Assembly (NCBI GenBank): GCA_030390025.1 | Contig: CM059432.1 | Coordinates: forward strand, 78,494,001 to 78,558,000 | Length of the DNA stretch: 64,000 bases | Reading direction: 5' to 3' | Source: Squalus acanthias | Lineage: Eukaryota | Shown: piece by piece, positions 39,090 to 51,770 of the stretch | Layout: every line of letters begins with the position of its first letter | How positions within the stretch are numbered: the stretch's first letter is position 1 | Program-made: the position numbers and the translations under genes | Notes under the pieces: generated by a model | The model's input: the letters and a program-made list of their open reading frames with translations, nothing else | What the model was told of the DNA's origin: nothing | The model's database searches: none

Positions 39090-41010
39090 CTACTTGTGCT
39101 TTATCTTCCTCTTACGCGTGCTCCTACATGGTGCTTCCCCTGTGGCTTCAGCAGATGTGGAGGCCCCTTGCTCACTTTCTTGCTGCTCCTGCCTCGACAC
39201 CTTTGGCGGGCATCCTCTGGGGTTGCGAGCCTGTGAGGGCTCAGCAACAGTCTGCTGCTCCTGCGGCTGTGCAGGGGCTGAGACGCCGATATCAGTTGGG
39301 TGAGGACTCTGGTGGAGCTCTGATCGAGGGCTCTGTAGTGGCATGGGTCATGTGAACGCTTGGAGAGGAGCCCCCACTTCCTTGTTCTCTGCCACCAAAA
39401 TCCCTCTCATGGGTCAGCCCCATTTCGGAGCTAGCAAGTGGCTTGACAGCACCTTGCTGCACTTCAGGGGGTCCAGGAGGACCCGTTTCTGCACAGGAAG
39501 TCCTACTCCAGAGGACTTCCATGAAGGTCTGGTTTCTCAGCTCAATTGCTGACCATTGCTCCTCAAGAGATGTCAGTCTATTCTGAACAATGACCATGTT
39601 TTCAACACTCTGGCAACTTAGCTCCTCCATGGCCGTAGCCATCCTTTCCACGGAGGTTGCCATCCTTTCTATGGTGATGCGTTCATGCGCCAACGTCTCC
39701 ACAAAGGCTCTGCTCATGTTAGCGATGGACTCCTCCATTCGCTCCACACTCGCAGCGACCCTGGAGACAAAACCTGCCAAAAACTCCTGCACCTGTTCCT
39801 GGAGTTCCAGCACCGCTCTCCTTCTGGATGGACCCGGAGGCACAGGGTCGACATGCAGCGGAGCCGAGCTGGGAGAGTCCTGCGCCCTCCGACGAGGACT
39901 CTCTACTGCTGTCCCTGTCTCCACCATCTGCTGATGCTCACTTGTGAGCTGTGATACACCAGGTGACAACTCTACTCTATCTCCCGAAGGTCCCACCGAG
40001 GTGTGAGTGTCTACGCTGGTGCTGGGTGCGCTTAATTCTGCTGACGCTGCGCCCTCAGAGGTTGCAGCTTCCTCTGAGGAGTCTGGAGGTTCAGGCTGTT
40101 CCTCCTGGACAGTGGGGAGGGGGTCTGTCAATGGTCCTGTGGGGGAGTAAAGGAAAGAGTTAGACATGTGAGATAAACGTTGCATGCACATTGATCAGAT
40201 GATCATAAGTCAATCTATTAGAGCATCAGAATCAATATCAGTCAATGAGAGAGATGCAAAACTATTCTGTCACCAGCTTGCTCTGATGCGCCAGTCTGTC
40301 CGTCCCCCACTTGCGCATCCTCCTCCACTCCCACGATCTCCAGGGCCGCCTCCTCCGCAGTGGTGAGCTGGGCTATTGAGGGTGGCCCTCCTCCTGTCCT
40401 CTCCCTCTTATTATGGGCTCTCTTTTCCTGCAATGAGGGACACAAGTGGAGTTTGAGTGGGAATGAAGGAGTGAGTGTAGAGAATCCATAGCATAGATGC
40501 TTAGAAGGACACAAAGATAGAGTGAGGTGCCAAGACCAAGGGCCCTCCCTGTGTGTTGTTAGTTGTTGTCATAGCATCACAGTGATAGGGAGTGTGAGGG
40601 CTGCATAGTCGAATATTTAAGTGAATGTGAACAGACAGAGAGAGGGAATGGTTAAGGGTGCAGGGATGTAAGGGTGAAGTGGGATGTGGAGGAGGAGGTT
40701 GACAAAGCAGAGTGCTGTTGATGAGAGGCGATGGGGATCAGATTGAGGGTCATGGGGATGGAATACTCACTTTTCCTGTGCGGAGAAGGTCATGAAACCT
40801 CTTTCTGCACTGCAGCCAGGTTCTGCTGCATACTGAAATGGCATTCACCTCCTGTGCCACTTGCAGCCACACAGCTTTGGTCTGTTGTGGAGGCTTTTTC
40901 CTCCCTGAGGAAGGAAAGAGCACTTCCTTGTTTGCTCTTGTTCCCTCCACCAGAGCTTGGAGGGAGGCCTCATCGAATCTGGGTGCACACTTTGGCCTGG
41001 TGCTGGACAT
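39090..41010 (-). CDS. Harbinger Myb/SANT-like DNA-binding protein, spliced (exons 41010-40771, 40427-40274, 40136-39292; probable 3' frameshift)
   Basis: APRFDEASLQALVE...WLQVAQEV...RTWLQCRKRFHDL; GT-AG sites give an in-frame join to EKRAHNKRERTGGGPP and GPLTDPLP; coiled-coil-like C-terminus. Confidence 0.82.
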
Positions 41011-41789
41011 AGTAGCAGTAGGAATCCCGCAGAAGTATGTTGATAAAGTTGTAAGACTGAAAAAGAATCAAGGCTGCTTGCAGGCCTTAAATCCAGCTGC
41101 ATAGATGACGTCATCGGAGGCGAGTTTCAGTATCAAAAGACTCATTGGGCCAGGGGTTCCCACACACTGGAAATCAATTGTCCAATAAGGGCAAAATCGC
41201 ACTTTTGTCCCGCCTCACATCGGAGGCGGGGTCCTGACACGCCGACCACCTGACATGCCCCCAGCCCGCCCCCAATGACAAAATCCAGCCCTATCTCTCT
41301 GCACTGTCGCTATTCTCTTTCTCGATGATCCTTTTCCCAGCCGATTAAATCCTAACATCCTGTGCCTGCATTTTGTTCACCAGCTGTGTGTTCAAACCAC
41401 AACAGACAGAGGAGCTGATAGCGATAAACACACTCTGTGAGAGTACAATACAACTCTCACATGCTGACAACATCCTAATATCACCTTCAAGTTACATTAC
41501 AGACCTCACAATACCTGAAATTTCCACTCCTCACCTTTCCCTCTCACTAATCTGTGGGAAGTCTGGGGAGAACAAACAAAAAAACCACTGGAACTGCGCA
41601 TGCGCAACTACTTTGTGTCGTTGGCAGCAGTTGCATCCTTTTATTATGTGGTACTTTGTCAAACGCCTTTTGAAAGTCCCATTACAGAACATTCATTGAA
41701 GTCATGGAAAGTAAAATTGGTTAGAGTGTTAAACGGGCAGCCAATCCTATCTTGTCAGTTCATACCGGGTGGGTTAGACTGAAATTACT

Positions 41790-42065
41790 CCCAAGGATTT
41801 TGAAATCTATGCAGTCAGGGGCCCTATGAAGGGTGAAGACAGAGGTGACAGATGAACAAGAATTCGTACAATATAGGATACAGAGACAGAGCTCTTGATG
41901 AGTTTGTGCAGAGTGGATCTTGGGAGACTGTCAAGGAGACTATTGGAACAGTCAAACCTGAAGCTGATGGCTTCATGGATGAGGGTTTCAACAGAGATCG
42001 GCAATGTTGTGCGGGTGGAAATAGATGGATTGAAGCTCAGCTCAGGGCCAAACTGAACACTGGAG
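41790..42065 (-). mobile_element. L2 LINE RT remnant
   Basis: ETLIHEAISFRFDCSNSLLDSLPRSTLHKL resembles the L2 motif ETLIHAFxxSRLDYxNxLLxGLP. Confidence 0.6.
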
Positions 42066-43013
42066 AGGTGTACTATTGATCTTTGCTGTATAATTGACCG
42101 CCACTATTATCTCACATTGGTATGTGTTCTTTAGTATTTGCTACTCTGTGAAGATACCCAAAAAATCTCTCTTCATTTTCCTCAGTGATCATTGATTTGC
42201 TTTTTCACTTTCCTTTTTACTGCTGTTTAACTTTTTACCATCTTTTAGACTTTTTCCAGTCTTTCTGCTTCTATGTTTCCTTTGAAAGTCTTCTGTTGTT
42301 CACTCTTCCCACACTGCATTGATGTACAATTCCCTGTTACTTCTCAACTGAATGATAAGGGCTCTGGCGCATTTTCTCCTATTAAACCACCAGGGATCAG
42401 CTGCTCTCACTAAGCTGCCTGAGAATCTTCCTCTACCCCCCATTTCTACACACACACAAAAAACAAATTAATATGGAAATCTCTGGTACTTTAGCTGATG
42501 CTGCAGATGGCAGACACCATGTCAACAGGAAAATAAACCGAAGATTTAGATAAATGGTCATCCTAATAGTCAGCGTGCCAGTGTCTATCAATGAAAGGGG
42601 CAAATGCATCCAAATCCAAAGTGGTGTGAATTGAGCAAGATTCCAATATTCAGAAATAAATCTGAAATATCTCTGTTCAGAACACTTCAGGTTATCTATC
42701 ACTGCAATGCTCATTCCTAATCTTGTTGCTGAATACAGACATATTTCTGAAGCACACTAAGGCTTTATTTTATTTTCCCTGTTGTGATTCTTTTCTCTAA
42801 CTCCAACCAAATATGAAATAAGGCACACAGTTCTATTTTTCAAAATAATTACAGATTGCTAGTTTAGTCCTTTCACTTTTAATTACTACAATTGATATGT
42901 TTTCAAGTTACTAAAACCAACAAAGAAAAAGCTGTGAAAATAATATAGTTTAAATTGTTAAAGGACATTGTATTGGGAATAACTTGTAACAATTTTACTG
43001 TTTTTCTATGCAG

Positions 43014-43103
43014 TCAGTTTTGTTGCTGCGATCACACATTGAACTTCATTAAAATTTTGAATAATGGCCTATGGGCCTTGCTGGGGCTTGTGACAAATTG
43101 TAG
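43014..43103 (+). CDS. Candidate 90-bp coding exon (QFCCCDHTLNFIKILNNGLWALLGLVTNC)
   Basis: Acceptor ttttactgtttttctatgcag, donor AG|gtgagg, symmetric open frame in unique AT-rich DNA. Confidence 0.5.
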
Positions 43104-43330
43104 GTGAGGAGTAATTAACGTGAAGAAATTCTTATTAGATTGCTGTCTTATGGAATCACCCAATGCCCAGTGCATCTAATACAGACTCAGTTGAGGCTTT
43201 CAAAAGAGTCCTAGTTCACTCGTGAGTAGAGGAATATGTGTTTCATGTGAGAAGATGAAAAATACTTCCATCAGTTCCTGAAACAGGAGCTCAATGACAA
43301 AACAAGCTTGATTGCCTGACTATCCTTTGC

Positions 43331-44933
43331 ATTGAACAACTTCTCCTTTGACTCCACTCATTTCCTCCAAATCAAAGGTGTTGCTATGGGTACCCGCATG
43401 GGTCCTAGCTATGCCTGCCTTTTCGTGGGATATGTGGAACACTCTTTGTTCGGGTCCCCTCCCTCACCTCTTTTTCCGGTACATTGATGACTGTATCGGT
43501 GCCGTTTCCTGCTCTCGCCCTGAACTAGACAATTTCATTCACTTTGCCTCCAATTTCCACCCTTCCCTCACCTTCACATGGTCCATCTCCGACTCTTCCC
43601 TCCCCTTCCTCGACTTCTCCATCTCCTTCTCTGGGGATAGGTTATTGACCAACATTCACTACAAGCCCACTGACTCCCACAGCTACCTGGACTACACTTC
43701 CTCCCACCCCGCCTCCTGTAAGGACTCTATTCCCTTCTGCCAGTTTCTCCGTCTCCGCCGCATCTGCTCCGACGATGCCACCTTCCATACCAGTGCTTCC
43801 GACATGTCTTCCTTTTTCCTCAACCGAGGATTCCCCTCTACCGTGGTCGATACGGCCCTCGACCGTGTCCGTTCTATCTCCCGCACTTCTGCCCTCACCC
43901 CGGCCCCTCCCTCCCGGAACCACGATAGAGTTCCCCTTGTCCTCACCTTTCACCCCACCAGCCTCCACTTTCAACGGATCATCCTCCGCCATTTCCGCCA
44001 CCTCCAACGTGATCCCACCACCAAACGTATCTTCCCCTCACCTCCCCTTTCAGCATTCCGTAGGGACCGCTCCCTCCGAGACACCCTAGTCCACTCCTCT
44101 ATCACCCCCAGCACCCCTTCCCCTTCGCCCGGCACCTTCCCGTGCAAGCGCAGGAGATGCAACACCTGCCCTTATACATCCCCCCTTCCCACTCTCCAGG
44201 GCCCCAAACACCCCTTCCAGGTGAAACAGCGATTTACTTGTACTTCTTGCAATCTAGTATACTGTATTCGCTGCTCACGATGTGGTCTCCTCTACATTGG
44301 GGAGACCAAACGCAGATTGGGTGACCGCTTTGCGGAACACCTCTGTTCAGTCCGTAAGGGTGACCCTGAGCTTCCGGTCGCTTGTCATTTTAATTCACCC
44401 CTCCACGCCCACTCAGACCTCACTGTCCTTGGCCTCGTGCATTGTTCCACGGAAGCTCAGCGTAAGCTCGAGGAACAGCACCTCATCTTTCGTTTAGGCT
44501 CTTTACAGCCTTCCGGACTCAATATCGAGTTCAACAATTTCAGATCATAACCTCGACCCCTACCACACATATATACATTTTATCCACCCTTTTGGTCCGT
44601 GCCTTTTTCCTTTTTCCTTTTTTTTTTCTCTCTCTCCCCCTACGGCAGCTGTCTCTCATTCTGCCAGCATTTCACACCTCACCTTTTGTTTCTTAACCTG
44701 TCCCATTACCATCTCGTCTTGCCTTGAGCATCTCTTAATGTCTCTACTTACCATAGACCACCCCTTTTGTTCTTTTATTCCTCCCCCCAGCCTCCCCCTT
44801 GCATTTTTATCTGTTTCATTTCCTGCTTTTTTCTCAGTTCCGACAAAGGGTTTCGACCTGAAACGTTAACTCTGTTTCTCTCTCCACGGATGTTGCCTGG
44901 CCTGCTGAGTTTTTCCAGCGTTTTCTGTTGTTA
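43331..44933 (+). mobile_element. Penelope-like element, 5'-truncated (RT + GIY-YIG + pLTR)
   Basis: RYIDD, YIGETKR; 10-bp TSD TATCCTTTGC (43321-43330, 44934-44943); HHR motif with mutated core at 44836-44871. Confidence 0.93.
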
Positions 44934-45827
44934 TATCCTTTGCTTGACCCTGCATTCTTACCTTGTGAATGTCAAGCTCTTTCTAATTTTAAACCTGATG
45001 GTAAACCCACAGTCCATTGTCACTAAATCTTTGCTCTCGCTAAGCTGCCTGCTATAGGAAAATGTACAGGTTAATTAAACATGTATCCAAAGTGACACAC
45101 CAATAATTTCTTCTACGCTTCCTTAGTATAAGCAGTTCATACATTCTCAGACTTCCTGATAGAAATAGGAAGGTTGCTATGGTTGATATACAAGTGTGGT
45201 AACTTAAAAAAAAACAGACATACTGTCGCATTATTTGATCCTATTTTTTCCAATGATTTTCTACATTCAGAAATAACAGGAAGTGTTTACTGAGGTGTCA
45301 TTATGTTTGTGGTTAATAGCATGTGATTAAGTGTGACAGAGCAAAGTTAACCAATTATATCAAAGTATGAGGAAATTGTGGATAAGGTTAACTACTTTAA
45401 TTATAGTCAGAGTAGAATAGTACCCTAACTGTCAGACAAAAATAAATTAAATTAATTTACTAAATGAGAGCACAATTACTGTATATACCACAGGTCAAAG
45501 GTTCATTATTCCATTCAGATCAGTAATGTTACTTAAAATGTTAAGCACAGTGAACAGAGGTCTATCACATCTGATTCTTGAGATACACAGGGCTCCTTCA
45601 GTTCTGAATGACTTTTTCTATCTAATTCTATAATCAAAATGTATTTTCATTTGATCTTGACAGATCACAAAGATCTTTAAGTCACATATACCATATATCT
45701 TGTAAACAATGTGAAGCTTCAGCATTGCATAATTGCAAAGTTTGCAGTATATCCTGTGGGCACAGTCCCTGAACTGATGGTGCTTAGCATTTTAACAAGC
45801 AGCAGGAGACCACTTTTAGAAAAAATA

Positions 45828-46620
45828 GGCCCTGATTTACTTTGCGTTTTTGGTAGGTTGCTGGCATAAATCAGAGTACCAGCAATTATGTGGGTGGATT
45901 CTAGGGCAGGATTTGTTTCTGTCCTGTAATGGCTATGCGATAGTTCTCAACCTGATCTGAGGCCTTCCATGCGTATGCTCACCAATGCTGCGAGGACCTC
46001 ATTAGCATATATTAAAATCAGCAGCAACAGCGTTGGAGCCTTGAAATCCCATGACCTGCTCTCCCATTGCATATTAAGGTGTACCTGTTGCCAGCATCAG
46101 CTGGTATTGGTGGAACTGCTTTACTTTGGAGCCTACAGCCTGGAGATACTTTCAAGAGAAATTGCTAAAATTACAGAAAGGCTTTTAAGGCATTGTTTTG
46201 TTTTGCTTTGTACCTGGATTGAACTGGACTTGCTTCTGGCAGCCTGAGGGCCCCTGAGACCACCAGAAAATGCTTGCCCCCACTCACAATAAGAGGTTCT
46301 GTGTGCCAACTATGGGATTCCCAATGGGCATTCCCTTCTCTGCAATTATGATGGAGGAGGAGCAGTATAGGATGGAGGAAAGGAGAGTGAGGCAGTGCTT
46401 GAGAAGACATTACAAGATTTGACCCCTTCCCAAAGAATTTACAGACCACGCAGATCCTATGAAGACTTGAGTTAGGAGTGCCGTGTTAGAAGAGTTCACC
46501 AAAGAAGCAATAGGGGAGCTGTACCTGCTCCTACATGAAGACCTGTGCCCACGATCACCTGCTCTGACAGCTCTGCCTGTGGCTGTGGCAGTGACGCCCA
46601 TTCAACCCTTCTTCCACAGG
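45828..46620 (+). mobile_element. Old Harbinger remnant
   Basis: 46420-46600 resembles the transposase N-terminus (FTKEAIGEL..LL..DL.P....TALPVAVAVT). Confidence 0.5.
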
Positions 46621-47606
46621 CTCATGCATCTGGGAGCAACTGACTCCCAGATAGACTGAGTGATCTATCATTTTGTCCATAGAAGATCTCAGATTTTGTA
46701 TTGAATTTAATGGTGGGCTTTAGATTTCCGAATGAATGGGGCTGAATTTTCAAGAATTGCTTTGCCAGCTGCATAACTTCTTTGCCACCCTTTATCTATG
46801 ATCAGTATTATTTCTTTGCCAAACCACTTTTATTTGCTTGTATTGATTCGATCTCTAAATATAGAAAAAATCATTACCCAGTCCCAATATATAAGGGAAA
46901 TCTGTTATATATGATATATAAAAAGTTGCTTGTAATTAAACTTGCATAGAACAGGGCAGCCATACAGTGGCATAAAGATGAGTAAAGACCTGTGATTGGC
47001 CACCAATCAGCAATTTAGGAGTGATGCTGTGCTGATAGCCTTACTAGTCAGGTTAACAGGAGGTGGAAAGGATGACAACTGAAATCAATTTTAGTGGTTT
47101 CAGGCTCATCAGCAGCATGCTGCATATATAAACACATAGCTCATGTCACAATTAATTAGGTTATTAAAGGGCTCTGTTGAATTCATGATGAATGTAAATG
47201 TCATAGGATACAGTGCAGGGCACTGTTCTGAGAAGTGAAATCAAACCTGTATTATCAGTGTGACAGAATACTTGGTAATGACTAATTTCTTCAGGCTAGT
47301 TCTACTTATATTAAAATTGAGTCCCCAAAAATCTATCTTTCTTAGAGGAAAAGCAGCACCAATGAAATACTTAAGAGCGAAGAGTATGAAGCAGGCTTAA
47401 GTGATACTAAAAGCTACTTGTCAATGGCACTAAATACAGCTGATCTATAAGCACATAATGTGGGCACTAACTGCACAAAGGAGAAAACTCCTTTTGTCAA
47501 CTCTCACTGTGAGCATAACAACAGTAGTGATAATATAAAAACATAAAAAGCAGAGCAAATAGTTAAATCGGTTTTATTAAACAACTTTGAAAAATCTAGA
47601 AACTCA

Positions 47607-50600
47607 GGTCTAGAAATTCGGGGGTTTAGTGCCGGCCGTTAAGGCCCGTTTTGAAGGAAAAATGGCGGCCACCTCACTTCTGCCCGCTTCCGGCGGGTCC
47701 CACAGTGGCCGCCATTTTGGGGAGGTCGACAACGTTGCTGTTGACTGCGCTTGCTGCCAAAATAGTATTCAGGCAGATCGTGACATCAATGAGTGTGCAA
47801 TGCTCACTTGACGCACGATCTGCCATTACCGCCCTCTCTTAATCACGACCAGCTCACCAAGTGTTCAGCAGAAGGACGGAGCCTCCAGCAGCATTATTTA
47901 AAGGGATCATCAGCAACAACTTGCTGACATGGTTTCTCAGTTTGACTGGCTCTGTGAAATTTTCTGCAACTCTGTACTGCTACAAGTGGAGAACACCTTC
48001 ATTCTGATTTAATGGCTTCTGCTCACACCACTTGCTCACAGTCATGGGGGCTCTACTTGCAGTCCCCCTCATGCTCGAGTATCCTTGGCAGAGGGAGAGG
48101 AGGCAGTGAAGAAGAGAAGATGCGAGCAGAGGGACGAGGAGGAGGGCCAGGAGCGGTCTCAACAGGAGACCTTACCACCTAGGGTCTTCCAAGAGCACTT
48201 CTCTTACCTCCACTTAAGGGAGGAGCAGTCTATTAGGAGACACCACTTCACCAAGGAGGTGGTCACAGAACTCAACCACCTCCTGCAACCAGACCTGCAG
48301 CCTGAGAGCAGGGTGACCACAGCTCTCTGAGTGGCCCTCAAGGTCACCGTGGCCCTCAATTTAATTGCCAGCGGATCCTTCCAGTCTATAACAGGAGACA
48401 TAGCTAACATCTCTCAGTTCGCTGTCAATCGCTGCATTCGGAAGGCCACAGAGGCTCTGTACTCCAGGAGAAGGAACTATGTTGTCTTCTCTCTGAACAG
48501 TGAGAAGCAGGAGGAGCGCGCATGTGGCTTTGGTAGGATAGTTGGTTTCACATGGTGCAGGGAGCCATCGACTGCAACCACGTGGCTTTGCGGGCACCGC
48601 ATACCAATCCTGAGATGTTCCGTAACCACAAAGGCTACCACTCACTGTTGTTGTTGTGTGACCACGCCCATCGCATCCTGATGGTCAATGCCCGTTATCC
48701 TGGCAGCAGTCATAATGCCTTCATCCTGCGCCAGTCTGGTGTGCCAGCAGTCTTCCAGCCACCAATTTAAACCCAAGGGTGGCTGTTTGGAGACAAGGGC
48801 TATCCGCTCTGCACCTGGCTCATGACTCCCCTCCTCAACCACACCACTCCTGCCCAGCACTCATATAACGAGAGCCATGCTGCCACCAGGAACATCAACG
48901 AGCAGACCATCGGAGTGCTCAAGCAACAGTTCTGCTGCCTTGACCGCTTGGGAGGAGTCCTCCAATACTCGCCGGAGTGGTTGTCCCATTTCGTGGTGGT
49001 CTGCTGCATGCTTCACAACTTGGCCATTATGAGGGCGCAGCCCTTGCCACCAGGGATTGCGGGACCACCTCAGGAGGAGGATGAGGAGGAGGGAGAGGAG
49101 GAAGAAGAAGAGGATGAGGACGAGGAGGGAAGAAGCTGTCCGTGAAGGCCGCATCAGACTCCGATTCTAGTGAATAAAACCCCAGATCCCTGTTGCTCAC
49201 AATCATACCATCCCTCTGTCATTGAACATCACAGTGTCCTCTTGGGCACAAAGCTGAAATGAGAGCCATCACAAAACACTCATTCCAATGAAAAATCATA
49301 AAGTTATCAGAATCCAATCAACATTACAATATCAACTAATCACCGTTGTGCGATCCCTTCATGCCTGTCATTACTGGGCCTTTTCCTACTCTGGTGGCCT
49401 GCGCAGTGCTCCACCAGTGGCTGCAGCATGGCTGGTGGAGGACTGCTGACTTTCAGTGGGGTAGACTACAGATGGCCTTGCAGGACGACCTCAACCAACT
49501 ATGGGCCTAGAAGGCCCAGCTGTAGACTACACCACCTCGGCATGGGCAGCAGCAGGCTGGCTGGCTGATAGGCAGCAGCAAGGGCAATGGCCGAGTGGCA
49601 GTGGTGGGAGTAGGAATGCTGAGGCCCCGCCTCGGGGGAGTAGCAGTGGGTCTGTGGATCAAGAACCTGCTGTCCTCTTTCAGGATGACAGCATTCCTAG
49701 CAATCTGTTGGAGTGCAGACTGCTGGACTGCTGTGATACCCTACAAGCCCCTTTCGACACTCAAATCCAATGATGATGGCAGCAGTCTGAGCTTGCGTGG
49801 CAGCAAGCTGAGCCTGCAGGAGAGCAGTCTGCACTTCCACTGCAGCACTGAGACGTTGGGTCGCTTCCGCCAGTGCTGCAATGGAGGCCGCGACATCGCC
49901 CATCACGCACAGCATCATGGCTGGGTCCACAAGTTCTCTTCTGGAGTTGTCCATCATTTTCCATCCTGGAAATCATGGGCTTCAAGCTCTGCACAAAGCC
50001 CCATTCAATGTTGGAGCCAGACTCCTCCATGCTCCTTGACATTGACAAGAGGCTCTCTGGCAGGCTTGCATTTCGGTGTGCATGCCCATCACCCTTCTTC
50101 TGAAGGCTGCCCCATCGAGGTCATCATCTGAGTCCTGTGCAGCAGAAGTCATGCTTGAACTCGCCCGCCCCCGAGTTACCCTTTCCCCTGGCCTTGCTGC
50201 AGTCCACTCGTGCCTGGTGCCTCACCATGTGCAGATCCCGCCTCTATACTGCCCTCTACACTCCGCGCAGTGCCATTTTCTGAGCTGGTGTCTGCGAGTG
50301 TCAGATGCAGTGACGGTGTGTTTTTTTCACCTACATCACTCTCCTCCACAACATCAGGGACAGGCTGGCTTGCTGGCACTTCTTGGGTATCTGAAAGCAG
50401 AAATGCACAAGGGTCAGGTTGTGGTGAGGGGAGGGGGTGAAGCAAGATATCCATGCATACACCATCGGCAGTAAGTGAGAAGAGATTGTGGGATGAAAGT
50501 GAAGTGGGATGTGAGAAGAAGGATTAGGAATGACCATACCGTCATTATCATCAAGGGCTTCAACTTCTCCAGTTGCCATGACCTCGGTCACTGCCCCTCC

Positions 50601-50915
50601 AATGATGTCGAGCACAGCTTCCTCAAGGTCGCTGAGGTTCTGTATAGCGGCTTGGCCACCTCCCATCTGCAGCTGCTCCCTCCTGTTCTGTGCCACCTTT
50701 GCCTGCAAGAGAAAGGGAAGTGTGTCAGTGAGTGTAGTGCAATGTGTTTGTGTGATGTACCTGCCATAGTTGAATAGCTGTCAGTGTGTGCAAGGTGTGA
50801 GATGTGGGTGTGAGTGTTGCAGCAGTGGTAAGGTTGTGAGGGTGAAGTGAAGCCATAATTGTGAGGTATGTCTGGTGTTAGGTAGAAATTGTTGATAGGT
50901 AGATGTTGCTGATCC
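47607..50915. mobile_element. Harbinger transposon, right end lost
   Basis: Left TIR GGTCTAGAAATTCG, transposase on +, Myb-partner exons on - (49600-50710). Confidence 0.85.
48044..49171 (+). pseudogene. Harbinger transposase pseudogene
   Basis: [32 protein letters not shown]; multiple stops and frameshifts. Confidence 0.88.
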
Positions 50916-51008
50916 CTTGCCCAGCCCCGGGGCTGAAGGGATACAAGATGCTGGTATCCTCATACGTTATCCTCCTTCTCACATCCCACTTCCACCTCAT
51001 CCCACAAT

Positions 51009-51770
51009 GGCCCGAAAATTAGACCTAATACGCGAGAGTACGCACTGTGTACTCTCGCGTATTAGGTCCCGAATTGCCGGTTTCCTGCATGCACTGCGCA
51101 TGCGCGGGAAACCGGCACTTCGTGTATTGCAAAGGGGGCGGTTCCTAAGTGAACCGCGTGCGCACTACAGGTTGTGCGCACGCAGTGCACTTAGTTTTTT
51201 TTCAGGTTTGAACGCGCAGGTAAGTGGTGAAGATTTTACACACAAAGAAAGCAGGCGTAGGACCCCCTTTTAACAAGGTAAGTAGTTAATTAAGTGTTAT
51301 TTTAAATTTTTTTCAACAGGTTTATCTTTTTTAGAGACTTTAAAGAAAGGTAAGTTTATTTTTATAACTTCTAAAAAGATTTAAAAATTTTTCAAAAATT
51401 TAATTTTTTGTTTAAAGTGGTTAATTTATTTAACTATAGTTATTTTATTAATGTGATGGCTTTTTTTAAATTTAGTTGAGGTTTAGCTGTTCTTTTGGGG
51501 GCTTGTAGTATTCATAGCTTTGACAGCCCTTGCTGTCAAAACTATGAATGAAAGATGGTGTGCTGCCATTGGCTCTAACTGAATCACGTGATCCCAGAGC
51601 TCGCACGAACTAATTGCGCCTCTGGGACACGCAAGCACTGCACGCTGGCAACAGGGAGAGGCCCTGAAACTGAAGTTCGTGTGGGCCCAAAACAAAAAGG
51701 TAGGCGCGGAGTGCGATATCGCGGGGAATCCTTACCCCCGCGGGAACCATCGATGTTTAATTTCTGGGCC
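51009..51770. mobile_element. Harbinger-type MITE with internal hairpins
   Basis: TIRs GGCCCGAAAATTA / TAATTTCTGGGCC, TSD AAT. Confidence 0.85.

Larger units (their letters stand above)
33778..41291. mobile_element. Full-length PIF/Harbinger transposon (two convergent genes) with nested CR1 and SINE
   Basis: TIRs GGGCTCGATTTTGCC / GACAAAATCCAGCCC, TSD TAT, transposase and Myb/SANT genes. Confidence 0.92.
33456..41638. mobile_element. Unclassified non-coding TIR element (~670 bp without nested Harbinger), possibly Kolobok-like
   Basis: Perfect 14-bp IR ACTGCTGCCAACGA (33462-33475) / TCGTTGGCAGCAGT (41618-41631), GG...CC termini, interrupts CR1 with TATTAT on both sides. Confidence 0.65.
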
